A stretch of 40,340 nt of DNA from a virus (lineage: Duplodnaviria; Heunggongvirae; Uroviricota; Caudoviricetes): the IMG/VR virus record IMGVR_UViG_2872185964_000009, one strand, 5' to 3'. Position numbers and translations under genes: made by a program. A model generated the notes under the pieces. The model saw only the letters and a program-made list of their open reading frames with translations, was not told where the DNA came from and ran no database searches. Numbering within the stretch: the first letter of the stretch is position 1; each line of letters starts with the position of its first letter. Below are positions 9,849-20,763 of the stretch, one piece after another.

Positions 9849-12800
9849 ATGGGCAAAGGTGGCGGCAGGGCGCACACACCGCGTGAGGCGAAAGACAATC
9901 TCAAATCCACGCAGATGATGAGCGTGATTGATGCGATTGGTGAGGGACCGATAGAAGGCCCGGTGAAAGGCCTGCAGAGTATTCTGGTGAACAAAACCCC
10001 GCTGACGGACACGGACGGTAATCCCGTGATACACGGTGTGACCGCGGTCTGGCGCGCCGGGAGCAGGAGCAGACACCACCGGAAGGCTTTGAGTCCTCCG
10101 GAGCTGAAACCGGACTGGGCGTGGAAGTGACGAAGGCAAAACCGGTGACGCGCACCATTACGTCCGCGAACATTGACCGCCTGCGGGTTACCTTCGGGTG
10201 CAGTCACTGGTGCAGACCACGTCAAAGGGCGACCGTAATCCTTCCTCTGTCCGGATTCTGATTCAGTTACAGCGTAATGGCCGCTGGGTGACGGAAAAGG
10301 ACGTCACCATTAACGGCAAGACCACCTCACAGTTCCTGGCCTCGGTGATTCTGGATAATCTGCCTCCCCGGCCCTTTAACATCCGGATGGTCAGGGAGAC
10401 GGCGGACAGCACCACGGACCAGCTGCAGAATAAGACGCTGTGGTCGTCATACACCGAAATCATCGATGTGAAACAGTGCTACCCGAACACGGCCATTGTG
10501 GGGATGCAGGTGGATGCGGAGCAGTTTGGTGGTCAGCAGATGACGGTGAACTACCATATCCGCGGTCGCATCATCCAGGTGCCGTCAAACTATGACCCGG
10601 AAAAACGCACGTACAGTGGTATCTGGGACGGCAGTCTGAAACCGGCATACAGCAACAACCCGGCCTGGTGCCTGTGGGACATGCTGACTCACCCGCGCTA
10701 CGGCATGGGAAAACGTCTGGGGCGGCGGATGTGGACAAGTGGGCGCTGTATGCCATCGGGCAGTACTGCGACCAGACGGTCCCGGATGGTTTCGGGGGAC
10801 CGAGCCGCGGATGACCTTTAATGCGTACCTGGCACAACAGCGTAAGGCGTGGGACGTTCTCAGTGATTTCTGCTCTGCGATGCGCTGTATGCCGGTATGG
10901 AACGGCCAGATGCTGACGTTTGTTCAGGACCGCCTGTCGGATGTGGTGTGGCCGTACACCAACAGCGATGTGGTGGTGGATGATAACGGCGTGGGGTTCC
11001 GCTACAGCTTCAGTGCCCTGAAGGACCGGCACACGGCGGTGGAGGTGAATTACACCGACCCGCAGAACGGCTGGCAGACCTCCACGGAACTGGTGGAAGA
11101 CCCGGAAGCCATACTGCGCTACGGGCGCAATCTGCTGAAGATGGACGCGTTCGGCTGTACCAGCCGCGGTCAGGCCCACCGTGCCGGACTGTGGGTGATA
11201 AAGACCGAACTGCTGGAAACGCAGACGGTGGACTTCACGCTCGGGTCTCAGGGCTGCGGCACACACCCGGTGACATTATTGAAATCTGTGATAATGACTA
11301 TGCCGGGACCCTGACCGGCGGACGTGTCCTGTCCATTGATGCTGCCACCCGCACCCTGACGCTGGACCGTGAGGTTACCCTGCCGGAGACAGGTACATCG
11401 GCGGTGAACCTGATTAACGGCAGCGGTAAGCCGGTGAGTGTGGACATCACCGCACACCCCGCGCCGGACCGGATACAGGTCAGTACCCTGCCTGATGGTG
11501 TGGAGACATACGGGGTGTGGGGACTCTCCCTGCCGTCACTGCGCCGTCGCCTGTTCCGCTGTGTCTCCGTCCGGGAAAACACGGACGGCACCTTTGCCAT
11601 CACGGCGGTGCAGCACGTACCGGAAAAAGAAGCCATCGTGGATAACGGTGCCCGCTTTGAGCCGCAGTCAGGCTCCCTGAACAGCGTCATCCCACCGGCA
11701 GTGCAGCACCTGACGGTGGAGGTGAGCGCAGCTGACGGCCAGTATCTGGCACAGGCGAAATGGGACACGCCGCGGGTGGTGAAGGGGTGCGCTTCAGTCT
11801 GCGACTGACCAGCGGAAGCGGAGAAGACAGCCGTCTGGTGACCACCGCTATCACTGCGGATACAGAGCATCGTTTCAGTGGTCTGCCGCTCGGGAATACA
11901 CCCTGACAGTCAGGGCAATTAACAGTTATGGCCAGCAGGGCGAACCGGCCACCACCACCTTCCGGATTGCCGCACCGGCAGCACCGTCGCGGATTGAGCT
12001 GACGCCGGGCTATTTTCAGATAACCGCAACGCCACATCTTGCCGTTTATGACCCGACGGTACAGTTTGAGTTCTGGTTCTCGGAAAAGCGGATTGCGGAT
12101 ATCAGGCAGGTTGAAACCGCAGCCCGCTATCTTGGCTCGGCGCTGTACTGGATAGCTGCCAGTATCAATATCAAACCGGGCCATGATTATTATTTTTATA
12201 TCCGCAGTGTGAATACTGTTGGCAAATCGGCATTCGTGGAGGCTGTCGGTCGGGCGAGCGATGATGTGGAAGGTTACCTGGATTTTTTCAAAGGAGAAAT
12301 CGGGAAAACACATCTGGCCCAGGAGCTGTGGACGCAGATTGATAACGGTCAGCTTGCGCCGGACCTGGCTGAAATCAGGACGTCCATTACGAATGTCAGC
12401 AATGAAATCACGCAGACCGTCAATAAAAAACTGGAAAATCAGAGTGCGGCAATCCAGCAGATACAGAAAGTTCAGGTTGATACAAATAATAACCTGAACA
12501 GCATGTGGGCCGTGAAACTGCAGCAGATGCAGGACGGACGCCTTTATATTGCGGGTATCGGTGCCGGTATTGAGAATACGCCAGCAGGAATGCAGAGTCA
12601 GGTGCTGCTGGCGGCAGACAGGATTGCGATGATTAATCCTGCGAATGGCAACACAAAGCCGATGTTTGTTGGTCAGGGCGATCAGATATTTATGAATGAA
12701 GTGTTCCTGAAATATCTGACGGCTCCCACCATTACCAGCGGCGGTAATCCTCCGGCATTTTCCCTGACACCGGACGGGCGGCTGACGGCGAAAAATGCCG

Positions 12801-13314
12801 ATATCAGCGGTAACGTGAATGCGAACTCCGGGACGCTCAACAACGTCACTATTAACGAGAACTGTCGGGTTCTGGGAAAATTGTCCGCGAACCAGATTGA
12901 AGGCGATCTCGTTAAAACAGTGGGCAAAGCTTTCCCCGGGACTCCCGTGCACCAGAGCGGTGGCCATCAGGAACCATTACCGTCAGGGTTTATGACGATC
13001 AGCCGTTTGACCGGCAGATTGTTATTCCGGCGGTGGCATTCAGCGGCGCTAAACATGAGAAAGAGCATACTGATATTTACTCCTCATGCCGTCTGATAGT
13101 GCGGAAAAACGGTGCTGAAATTTATAACCGTACCGCGCTGGATAATACGCTGATTTACAGTGGCGTTATTGATATGCCTGCCGGTCACGGTCACATGACA
13201 CTGGAGTTTTCGGTGTCAGCATGGCTGGTAAATAACTGGTATCCCACAGCAAGTATCAGCGATTTGCTGGTTGTGGTGATGAAGAAAGCCACTGCAGGCA
13301 TCACGATTAGCTGA
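9849..13314 (+). pseudogene. Host specificity / central tail fibre protein (lambda gpJ-like), split into at least six ORFs by frameshifts
   Basis: MGKGGGRAHTPREAKDNLKSTQ.., ..SKGDRNPSSVRILIQLQRNGRWVTEKD.., ..PAYSNNPAWCLWDMLTHPRYGMGKRLG.., ..[19 protein letters not shown]..; collinear with lambda J. Confidence 0.9.
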
Positions 13315-13332
13315 ATTTTATAACCCAGATAC

Positions 13333-13360
13333 GGGCGCCAGAAATGGCGCCTTTTTTATT
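13333..13360 (+). terminator. Intrinsic terminator after J (GGCGCC-AGAAAT-GGCGCC + TTTTTT)
   Basis: Perfect 6-bp GC stem with 6-nt loop followed by T6. Confidence 0.55.
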
Positions 13361-13381
13361 GCAGAAAAGCGAGAGGTAATT

Positions 13382-13977
13382 ATGCGTAAATTATGTGCTG
13401 TTATTTTGTCCGCAGTAGTCTGGCAGGTCGCCGCTGCTACGCCAGCGAGTGCAGCAGAACATCAGTCCACGCTGAGCGCGGGTATCTCCATGCCTCGACG
13501 AACGTTCCCGGTAGTGATGATCTGAACGGGATTAACGTGAAATACCGTTATGAGTTTACGGACGCGCTGGGCTGATTACGTCCTTCAGTTATGCCAATGC
13601 TGAGGATGAGCAAAAAACGCGCTACAGCGATACCCGCTGGCATGAAGATTCCGTGCGTAACCGCTGGTTCAGCGTGATGGCGGGGCCGTCTGTACGCGTG
13701 AATGAATGGTTCAGCGCGTATGCGATGGCGGGTGTGGCTTACAGCCGTGTGTCGACTTTCTCCGGGGATTATCTCCGCGTAACTGACAACAAGGGGAAAA
13801 CGCACGACGTGCTGACCGGAAGTGATGACGGTCGCCACAGCAATACCTCTCTGGCGTGGGGGCTGGCGTGCAGTTTAACCCGACCGAATCCGTGGCCGTT
13901 GACCTTGCTTATGAAGGTTCCGGTAGTGGCGACTGGCGAACGGATGCATTTATTGTTGGTATCGGATACCGTTTCTG
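13382..13977 (+). pseudogene. lom: Lom-like outer membrane protein, frameshifted
   Basis: MRKLCAVILSAVV.. signal peptide; ..GSDDLNGINVKYRYEFTD.., ..RWHEDSVRNRWFSVMAGPSVRVNEWFSAYAMAGVAYSRVSTFSGDYLRVTDNKGKTHDVLTGSDDGRHSNTSLAWG.. match lambda Lom; at least three frames. Confidence 0.8.
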
Positions 13978-14082
13978 ACAACAGACGCCGATTTATCTTC
14001 TGTAAATATTGTTATGATACGCAGGTTCATCCACTTTATGGGTGAACTGCGTTTGAGGAAACGTAAAGTTACACTGTCCTGA

Positions 14083-14114
14083 AGCCCGTGGCGTCACTGC
14101 TGCGGGCTTTTTTT
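14083..14114 (+). terminator. Hairpin plus T7 tract after lom
   Basis: AGCCCG..CGGGCT stem followed by TTTTTTT. Confidence 0.4.
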
Positions 14115-14499
14115 ATTGGTGGAAAAGTATGACAGTAAAAATTTCTGGCGTGCTTAAAGATGGCACAGGAAAACCAGTACAGAACTGCACCATTGTGCTG
14201 AAGGCCAGACGAACCAGCAGCACGGTGGTGGTGAACACGGTGGCCTCTGAAAATCCGGATGAAGCCGGACGTTACAGCATGGATGTTGAGCATGGTCAGT
14301 ACAGCGTCACCCTGCTGGTTGAAGGTTTTCCGCCTTCACATGCCGGGACCATTACCGTCTATGAAGGTTCCAGACCAGGTACGCTGAATGATTTTCTCGG
14401 TGCCATGACGGAGGATGATGTCCGACCGGAGGCACTGCGCCGCTTTGAGCAGATGGTGGAAGAGGTGTCACGTAACGCCTCCGCGGTTGCACAGAATAC

Positions 14500-15480
14500 G
14501 GCAGCCGCGAAAAAATCAGCCAGCGATGCCAGTGCATCAGCCAGCGAGGCGGCAACTCATGCAACCGATGCTGCAGCCTCAGCACGTGCCGCCAGCACGT
14601 CAGCCGGACAGGCCGCGTCGTCGGCTCAGTCAGCGTCTTCCAGCGCAGGAACGGCATCAACAAAGGCCACTGAAGCATTAAAAAGTGCTGCCGCTGCAGA
14701 GTCCTCAAAAAGCGCGGCGGCTACCAGTGCCGGTGCGGCGAAAACGTCAGAAACGAATGCGGCAGCGTCACAACAATCAGCAGCCACTTCTGCATCCACC
14801 GCGACCACGAAAGCGTCAGAAGCAGCCACTTCAGCACGGGATGCGTCGGCTTCAAAAGAGGCGGCAAAATCATCAGAAACGAACGCAGCCTCGAGCGCCA
14901 GCAGCGCAGCTTCCTCGGCAACGGCGGCAGCAAATTCTGCGAAGGCGGCAAAAACGTCTGAGACAAACGCCAGGTCTTCTGAAACGGCAGCGGAACAGAG
15001 TGCCTCAGCTGCGGCAGGCTCAAAAACAGCGGCTGCGTCGTCTGCCAGTGCAGCGTCAACAAGTGCCGGGCAGGCCTCAGCCAGTGCCACCGCCGCCGGA
15101 AAATCGGCAGAAAGCTCCGCATCGTCTGCTTCAACAGCCACAACGAAGGCTGGCGAAGCCACTGAACAGGCCAGCGCAGCAGCGAGGTCTGCTTCCGCAG
15201 CGAAGACATCCGAAACGAACGCGAAAGCGTCGGAAACCAGCGCAGAATCCTCAAAAACGGCTGCCGCATCGTCCGCCAGTTCGGCGGCGTCATCGGCATC
15301 ATCGGCGTCTGCTTCAAAAGATGAGGCGACCAGACAAGCGTCAGCAGCGAAGAGCAGCGCCACGACGGCATCCACGAAGGCAACAGAGGCGGCAGGCAGT
15401 GCGACGGCAGCATCTCAGAGCAAAACTACTGCTGAATCCGCTGCGACCCGTGCGGAAGCTGCTGCTGATCGTGCTGAAGA
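14500..15480 (+). repeat. Ala/Ser/Thr-rich low-complexity shaft of Stf with recurring AAKTSETNA-type units
   Basis: GCN/TCN-dominated codons; motif KTSETNA occurs four times; also generates long spurious ORFs in other frames and on the opposite strand. Confidence 0.6.
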
Positions 15481-16010
15481 GATTGCCGGTGCAGTTGCGA
15501 TGGAAGACGCAAGCCTTACAACTAAAGGTGTTGTGAAACTTAGCAGTGCTGTTGATAGCACCAGTGAATCGCTGGCCGCAACGCCAAAAGCAGTTAAAGC
15601 AGCCAATGACAATGCGAATAGCAGGGTGCCATCTAACCGAAAAGTTAACGGAAAAGCATTGACTGCGGATATAACATTAACGCCGAAAGATATTGGTACT
15701 TTAAATTCAGTAACGATGTCTTTCTCTGGCGGGGCTGGGTGGTTCAAACTGGCTACGGTTACCATGCCACAAGCGAGTTCCATCGTTTACATCGCATTGA
15801 TTGGTGGCGCTGGTTACAACGTCGGTTCCCCACATCAGGCAGGCATTTCAGAACTGGTTCTACGAGCAGGTAATGGAAACCCCAAAGGAATTACCGGGCT
15901 TTGTGGAAGCGTACAGCCGTCGGATTAACGAATTTCGCCTGGATCAACACATCCGGCGATACATATGATATTTACGTTGAGATTGGCAATTATGCGGTAA
16001 TGACTCCAAC

Positions 16011-16388
16011 TTATTGATAGTGTTTTATGTTCAGATAATGCCCGATGACTTTGTCATGCAGCTCCACCGATTTTGAGAACGACAGCGACTTCCGTCCCAG
16101 CCGTGCCAGGTGCTGCCTCAGATTCAGGTTATGCCGCTCAATTCGCTGCGTATATCGCTTGCTGATTACGTGCAGCTTTCCCTTCAGGCGGGATTCATAC
16201 AGTGGCCAGCCATCCGTCATCCATATCACCACGTCAAAGGGTGACAGCAAGCTCATAAGACGCCCCAGCGTCGCCATAGTGCGTTCACCGAATACGTGCG
16301 CAACAACCGTCTTCCGGAGCCTGTCATACGCGTAAAACAGCCAGCGCTGGCGCGATTTAGCCCCGACGTATCCCCACTGTTCGTCCAT
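16011..16388 (-). CDS. insB: IS1 InsB reading frame
   Basis: 125-aa ORF identical to the InsB ORF of the IS1 at 24285. Confidence 0.9.
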   Translation of the reverse strand: MDEQWGYVGAKSRQRWLFYAYDRLRKTVVAHVFGERTMATLGRLMSLLSPFDVVIWMTDGWPLYESRLKGKLHVISKRYTQRIERHNLNLRQHLARLGRKSLSFSKSVELHDKVIGHYLNIKHYQ

Positions 16389-16432
16389 TTCCGCGCAGAC
16401 GATGACGTCACTGCCCGGCTGTATGCGCGAGG

Positions 16433-16707
16433 TTACCGACTGCGGCCTGAGTTTTTTAAGTGACGTAAAATCGTGTTGAGGCTAACGCCCATAATGCGTG
16501 CAGTTGCCCGGCATCCAACGCCATTCATGGCCATATCAATAATTTTCTGGTGCGTACCGGGTTGAGAAGCGGTGTAAGTGAACTGCAGTTGCCATGTTTT
16601 ACGGCAGTGAGAGCAGAGATAGCGCTGATGTCCGGCAGTGCTTTTGCCGTTACGCACCACCCGTCAGTAGCTGAACAGGAGGGACAGCTGATAGAAACAG
16701 AAGCCAC
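16433..16707 (-). pseudogene. insA: IS1 InsA, frameshifted (C4 to C3 after codon 16)
   Basis: caccacccgtcag here versus caccaccccgtcag in the other copies. Confidence 0.85.
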
Positions 16708-18070
16708 TGGAGCACCTCAAAAACACCATCATACACTAAATCAGTAAGTTGGCAGCATCACCCAATTATGCGACGAGTGTAAATATCCATTGGGATTGTA
16801 CTGCAAATGCGTCAGTTTCTGTTTATACCTCGCCAACATATTCAGCGAGTAAGCCTTCCAGCGTTACCTATGGTGTTGTTTATACGATGTATAGCTCACA
16901 TCAGAAACCTACACCATCAGATATTGGAGCGCTGCCAACGACTGGAGGGACTATTTCAGGTCCGTTGTTTGTTACTGATGGGATCACCGGGCACTGAAGG
17001 GGAACGCCGATACCGCGACGAAACTTGCGGCAGCCCCAAAAATTAACGGTGTTAAGTTTGATGGCTCGGCGGATATTAACCTCACGCCGGAAAATATTGG
17101 TGCATTTGCCCGACGTTCGACGGGGCTTATGCGGATTCGGATGGAGCCGTTCCCTGGAATGCCGAATCAGGCGCTTACAATGTCACCCGCTCTGGCGACA
17201 GCTATATTCTGGTTAACTTCTATACCGGAGTCGGAAGTTGCCGGACCCTGCAGATGAAGGCGCATTACAGAAATGGTGGTCTGTTCTACCGTTCTTCAAG
17301 AGACGGTTATGGTTTTGAGGAAGGCTGGGCAGAAGTTTATACCTCGAAAAATCTTCCACCAGAAAGCTACCCAGTCGGCGCACCAATCCCGTGGCCATCA
17401 GATACCGTTCCGTCTGGTTATGCCCTGATGCAGGGGCAGACTTTTGACAAATCTGCTTACCCGAAACTTGCAGCCGCTTATCCGTCAGGCGTGATCCCTG
17501 ATATGCGTGGCTGGACGATTAAGGGCAAACCTGCCAGTGGTCGGGCCGTATTGTCTCAGGAACAGGACGGCATTAAATCGCACACCCACAGCGCCAGCGC
17601 ATCCAGTACGGATTTGGGGACGAAAACCACATCGTCGTTTGATTACGGCACTAAATCCACGAATAACACCGGGGCGCATACGCACAGTCTGAGTGGCTCT
17701 ACGGGGTCTGCCGGTGTTCATACTCATGGTAATGGTATTCGTTGGCCAGGAGGCGGCGGTTCTGCGTTAGCATTTTATGATGGCGGTGGGTTCACTTATG
17801 TCCAGAATTCACAGTATCAAGTAAGCCCGGGACTTCTTCCCGTAGATCGTATTATCAACGTATTCAGACACAGTCAGCAGGTGCTCATACCCACTCGCTG
17901 TCTGGTACTGCAGCAAGTTCTGGCGCACATGCACATACTGTAGGTATTGGTGCGCATACGCACTCCGTTGCGATTGGTTCACATGGACACACCATCACCG
18001 TTAACGCTGCGGGTAACGCGGAAAACACCGTCAAAAACATCGCATTTAACTATATTGTGAGGCTTGCATA

Positions 18071-18642
18071 ATGGCATTCAGAATGAGTGAACAAGCACGG
18101 ACCATAAAAATTTATAATCTGCTGGCCGGAACTAATGAATTTATTGGTGAAGGTGACGCATATATTCCGCCTCATACAGGTCTGCCAGCAAACAGTACCG
18201 ATATTGCACCACCAGATATTCCTGCTGGCTTTGTGGCTGTTTTCAACAGTGATGAGGCATCGTGGCATCTCGTTGAAGATCATCGGGGTAAAACGGTTTA
18301 TGACGTGGCTTCCGGCGACGCGTTATTTATTTCTGAACTCGGCTCATTACCGGGAAATGTCACTTGGTTATCCCGGAAGGGGAGTTTCAGAAGTGGAACG
18401 GCACAGCCTGGGTGAAGGATACGGAAGCAGAAAAACTCTTCCGGATCCGGGAGGCGGAAGAGAAAAAGACAAGATTAATCCAGGAAGCGACTGATAACAT
18501 AACAATTCTGCAGGATGCTGTTAATTTTGAAATGGCAACTGATGAGGAGGTTTCGATGCTATCTTCCTGGAAAAAATACCGGGTATTAGTGAGTCGGATT
18601 GATATAAATACAGCCCCGGATATCGTATGGCCTGAGCTGTGA
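18071..18642 (+). pseudogene. tfa: Tail fibre assembly protein (lambda Tfa-like), one frameshift near 18370
   Basis: [91 protein letters not shown].. then ..[28 protein letters not shown].. Confidence 0.85.
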
Positions 18643-18652
18643 TTAAACGGAA

Positions 18653-19198
18653 TTATGTGTGAGATGAATTATAAATAATTTCAGAGTGAAATTTGGTAAT
18701 GAATGTGGAGTCATCAGGAATGTCATGCAGTACCAATGCATGAGCTCCTATTTTTACATTATTCCCTATATGCACTTTGCCACCAAGGATGGTGGCGTTA
18801 CAGCCAATGGTTACATTATTTCCTATGACAATATCCATATCATTAAATTCACCGCGAAGTCCAATAGTTACCCCAGGCTTAATTGAACAATTTTCACCTA
18901 TTGTAACTTTGTGACCGATAACAACGCCATTGAGATAAGATATGTCGAACCCTTTACCAATATTTACAGTTAAGGGAACGGTTACATTGTATTTATCAAG
19001 AATGAAGCGTTCTATTTTTCCTGCAATCTTTCGCCGGTATCCGCCTTTATCAAAAAGATATTTTGCTATGCGCCACCAAAATAAATAACGTGATCTTCTG
19101 TGTTTTATTGCGCGAACAATTGCTTTTCGCCAGGAGAAAGGGCGTTTACAACCTATTACTTCATAGTGTATGCACTTTTTAAGTTCACTAATATTCAT
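18653..19198 (-). CDS. Hexapeptide-repeat (left-handed beta-helix) acyltransferase, CysE/WcaB-like; prophage moron
   Basis: 181-aa ORF with repeated [LIV]-G-x-x-x-x hexads (..VIGHKVTIGENCSIKPGVTIGL..IVIGNNVTIGCNATILGGKVHIGNNVKIGAHALVL..); markedly AT-rich; convergent with tfa. Confidence 0.8.
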   Translation of the reverse strand: MNISELKKCIHYEVIGCKRPFSWRKAIVRAIKHRRSRYLFWWRIAKYLFDKGGYRRKIAGKIERFILDKYNVTVPLTVNIGKGFDISYLNGVVIGHKVTIGENCSIKPGVTIGLRGEFNDMDIVIGNNVTIGCNATILGGKVHIGNNVKIGAHALVLHDIPDDSTFITKFHSEIIYNSSHT

Positions 19199-19358
19199 AT
19201 ATCTATTATTCAGTAAAGATAATTCTGTAACTTATTATTATATTAGGTTTAATGGGCTTTTTCTACAGTTTACTGTATTACTCTCACGCCGGAGCAATAG
19301 GCACAGGCCGGACGACAAATTGCATCAGGAGTTTCTCGCCAGAAGGTGGTGATCATCT

Positions 19359-19484
19359 ATGATGTTGGCGTATCGACTTTGTATAAGAAGTTTCCGGTCG
19401 GAGATGAATGAAACCGTAGCACGTCGTATGCAAGAACGTGCCACGGCTGGCTGGCGAACTTTCGATAGTGCGAGTATTGAATGA
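19359..19484 (+). CDS. Hypothetical 41-aa ORF (MMLAYRLCIRSFRSEMNETVARRMQERATAGWRTFDSASIE) with strong RBS; may not be a real gene
   Basis: AAGGTGGTGA 7 nt upstream of ATG; no recognisable homology. Confidence 0.2.
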   Translation: MMLAYRLCIRSFRSEMNETVARRMQERATAGWRTFDSASIE

Positions 19485-19514
19485 TTTCCAGCTGTTACCG
19501 ATTTTACGTGTTAA

Positions 19515-19763
19515 TTAGTGAAAAAACCACTCGTCAGCAGACTTCCAGGTATCTTTCAGAGTCTCCTGAACAAAAGTTTTAGCTGAATCTTTATCGGCGG
19601 TGCGCGTAACAGAAAGGCCATCGTTGCTGGTGGCTTTTACGATCACCTCTACATCGTCATAACGTTTACTGATGCGTCGGGTTAATTCTTCCTTTAACGC
19701 ATCCACAGCACCGTTTGGCATTTTAGTGATTTTTTCTTTAGCGATACAGATCTCAACACGCAT
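19515..19763 (-). CDS. DinI-like protein (prophage-encoded)
   Basis: [64 protein letters not shown] resembles DinI; RBS AGGAGGG retained; a LexA box lies on the other side of the IS1. Confidence 0.8.
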   Translation of the reverse strand: MRVEICIAKEKITKMPNGAVDALKEELTRRISKRYDDVEVIVKATSNDGLSVTRTADKDSAKTFVQETLKDTWKSADEWFFH

Positions 19764-19831
19764 AACACCCTCCTGTGGTGATGCTGCCAACTTACTGATT
19801 TAGTGTATGATGGTGTTTTTGAGGTGCTCCA

Positions 19832-20107
19832 GTGGCTTCTGTTTCTATCAGCTGTCCCTCCTGTTCAGCTACTGACGGGGTGGTGCGTAACGGCAAAAGC
19901 ACTGCCGGACATCAGCGCTATCTCTGCTCTCACTGCCGTAAAACATGGCAACTGCAGTTCACTTACACCGCTTCTCAACCCGGTACGCACCAGAAAATTA
20001 TTGATATGGCCATGAATGGCGTTGGATGCCGGGCAACTGCACGCATTATGGGCGTTAGCCTCAACACGATTTTACGTCACTTAAAAAACTCAGGCCGCAG
20101 TCGGTAA
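19832..20107 (+). CDS. insA: IS1 InsA
   Basis: 91-aa ORF, GTG start, identical to the InsA of the other intact copies. Confidence 0.95.
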   Translation: MASVSISCPSCSATDGVVRNGKSTAGHQRYLCSHCRKTWQLQFTYTASQPGTHQKIIDMAMNGVGCRATARIMGVSLNTILRHLKNSGRSR

Positions 20108-20151
20108 CCTCGCGCATACAGCCGGGCAGTGACGTCATCGTCTGCGCGGAA

Positions 20152-20529
20152 ATGGACGAACAGTGGGGATACGTCGGGGCTAAATCGCGCCAGCGCTGGC
20201 TGTTTTACGCGTATGACAGGCTCCGGAAGACGGTTGTTGCGCACGTATTCGGTGAACGCACTATGGCGACGCAGGGGCGTCTTATGAGCTTGCTGTCACC
20301 CTTTGACGTGGTGATATGGATGACGGATGGCTGGCCACTGTATGAATCCCGCCTGAAGGGAAAGCTGCACGTAATCAGCAAGCGATATACGCAGCGAATT
20401 GAGCGGCATAACCTGAATCTGAGGCAGCACCTGGCACGGCTGGGACGGAAGTCGCTGTCGTTCTCAAAATCGGTGGAGCTGCATGACAAAGTCATCGGGC
20501 ATTATCTGAACATAAAACACTATCAATAA
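20152..20529 (+). CDS. insB: IS1 InsB reading frame (expressed as InsAB' by -1 frameshift)
   Basis: 125-aa ORF; carries the MATQGRL variant shared with the IS1 at 34499. Confidence 0.95.
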   Translation: MDEQWGYVGAKSRQRWLFYAYDRLRKTVVAHVFGERTMATQGRLMSLLSPFDVVIWMTDGWPLYESRLKGKLHVISKRYTQRIERHNLNLRQHLARLGRKSLSFSKSVELHDKVIGHYLNIKHYQ

Positions 20530-20553
20530 GTTGGAGTCATTACCCCCTCCTGT

Positions 20554-20573
20554 AACTGTAGTTATGTACAGGT
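20554..20573 (-). promoter_or_regulatory. LexA (SOS) box, CTGT-N8-ACAG
   Basis: aaCTGTagttatgtACAGgt; palindromic CTGT/ACAG arms with AT-rich 8-bp centre, 2 bp from the IS1 end. Confidence 0.65.
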
Positions 20574-20574
20574 G

Positions 20575-20607
20575 TTATTTTTATCTGTATGGATAACCAG
20601 TGTCAAT
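20575..20607 (-). promoter_or_regulatory. Sigma70-like promoter (TTGACA, 17-18 bp spacer, TAAAAAT) oriented toward the dinI-like gene but now separated from it by IS1
   Basis: Minus strand reads TTGACActggttatccatacagaTAAAAATaacaCCTGTACATAACTACAGtt. Confidence 0.45.
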
Positions 20608-20763
20608 TCCTGATATTGTTTATGGGGCATCAATGGGCATGTATGGGACACTTTTTATCGGCGAAATTCGTCGAAGTTCGTCGACATGGTAAACGAATCA
20701 TCTATCCAACCCTTGAAAAACGGCGCTCCTGGACGATCTTCGTCGATTTTTAAAAATGTTGCG

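Larger units (their letters stand above)
15996..16761 (-). mobile_element. IS1 (766 bp) inserted in stf, flanked by 9-bp direct repeat CAATTATGC (15987..15995 and 16762..16770)
   Basis: Both IS1 termini present; perfect 9-bp target-site duplication; lacks two single bases compared with the 768-bp copies (one in insA C-run, one in IRL). Confidence 0.95.
14129..18070 (+). pseudogene. stf: Side tail fibre protein (lambda Stf-like), interrupted by IS1 at 15996..16761 and by frameshifts
   Basis: N-terminus MTVKISGVLKDGTGKPVQNCTIVLKARR.. and C-terminus ..[59 protein letters not shown] match lambda Stf. Confidence 0.85.
19777..20544 (+). mobile_element. IS1 (768 bp), flanked by perfect 9-bp direct repeat CCCTCCTGT (19768..19776 and 20545..20553)
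   Basis: IRL GGTGATGCTGCCAACTTACTGAT.. and IRR ..ATCAATAAGTTGGAGTCATTACC; insA then insB on plus strand; A6C frameshift motif TTAAAAAAC at 20081..20089. Confidence 0.97.

Noticed and set aside
14352-15783. Long ORFs overlapping stf in other frames and on the opposite strand (e.g. 14626..15375 minus, 14685..15536 plus Arg/Gln-rich, 14721..15413 minus)
   Set aside because: They are by-products of the GCN/TCN-rich repeat region of the tail fibre shaft: low-complexity translations, no start context, fully embedded in a gene with strong homology.
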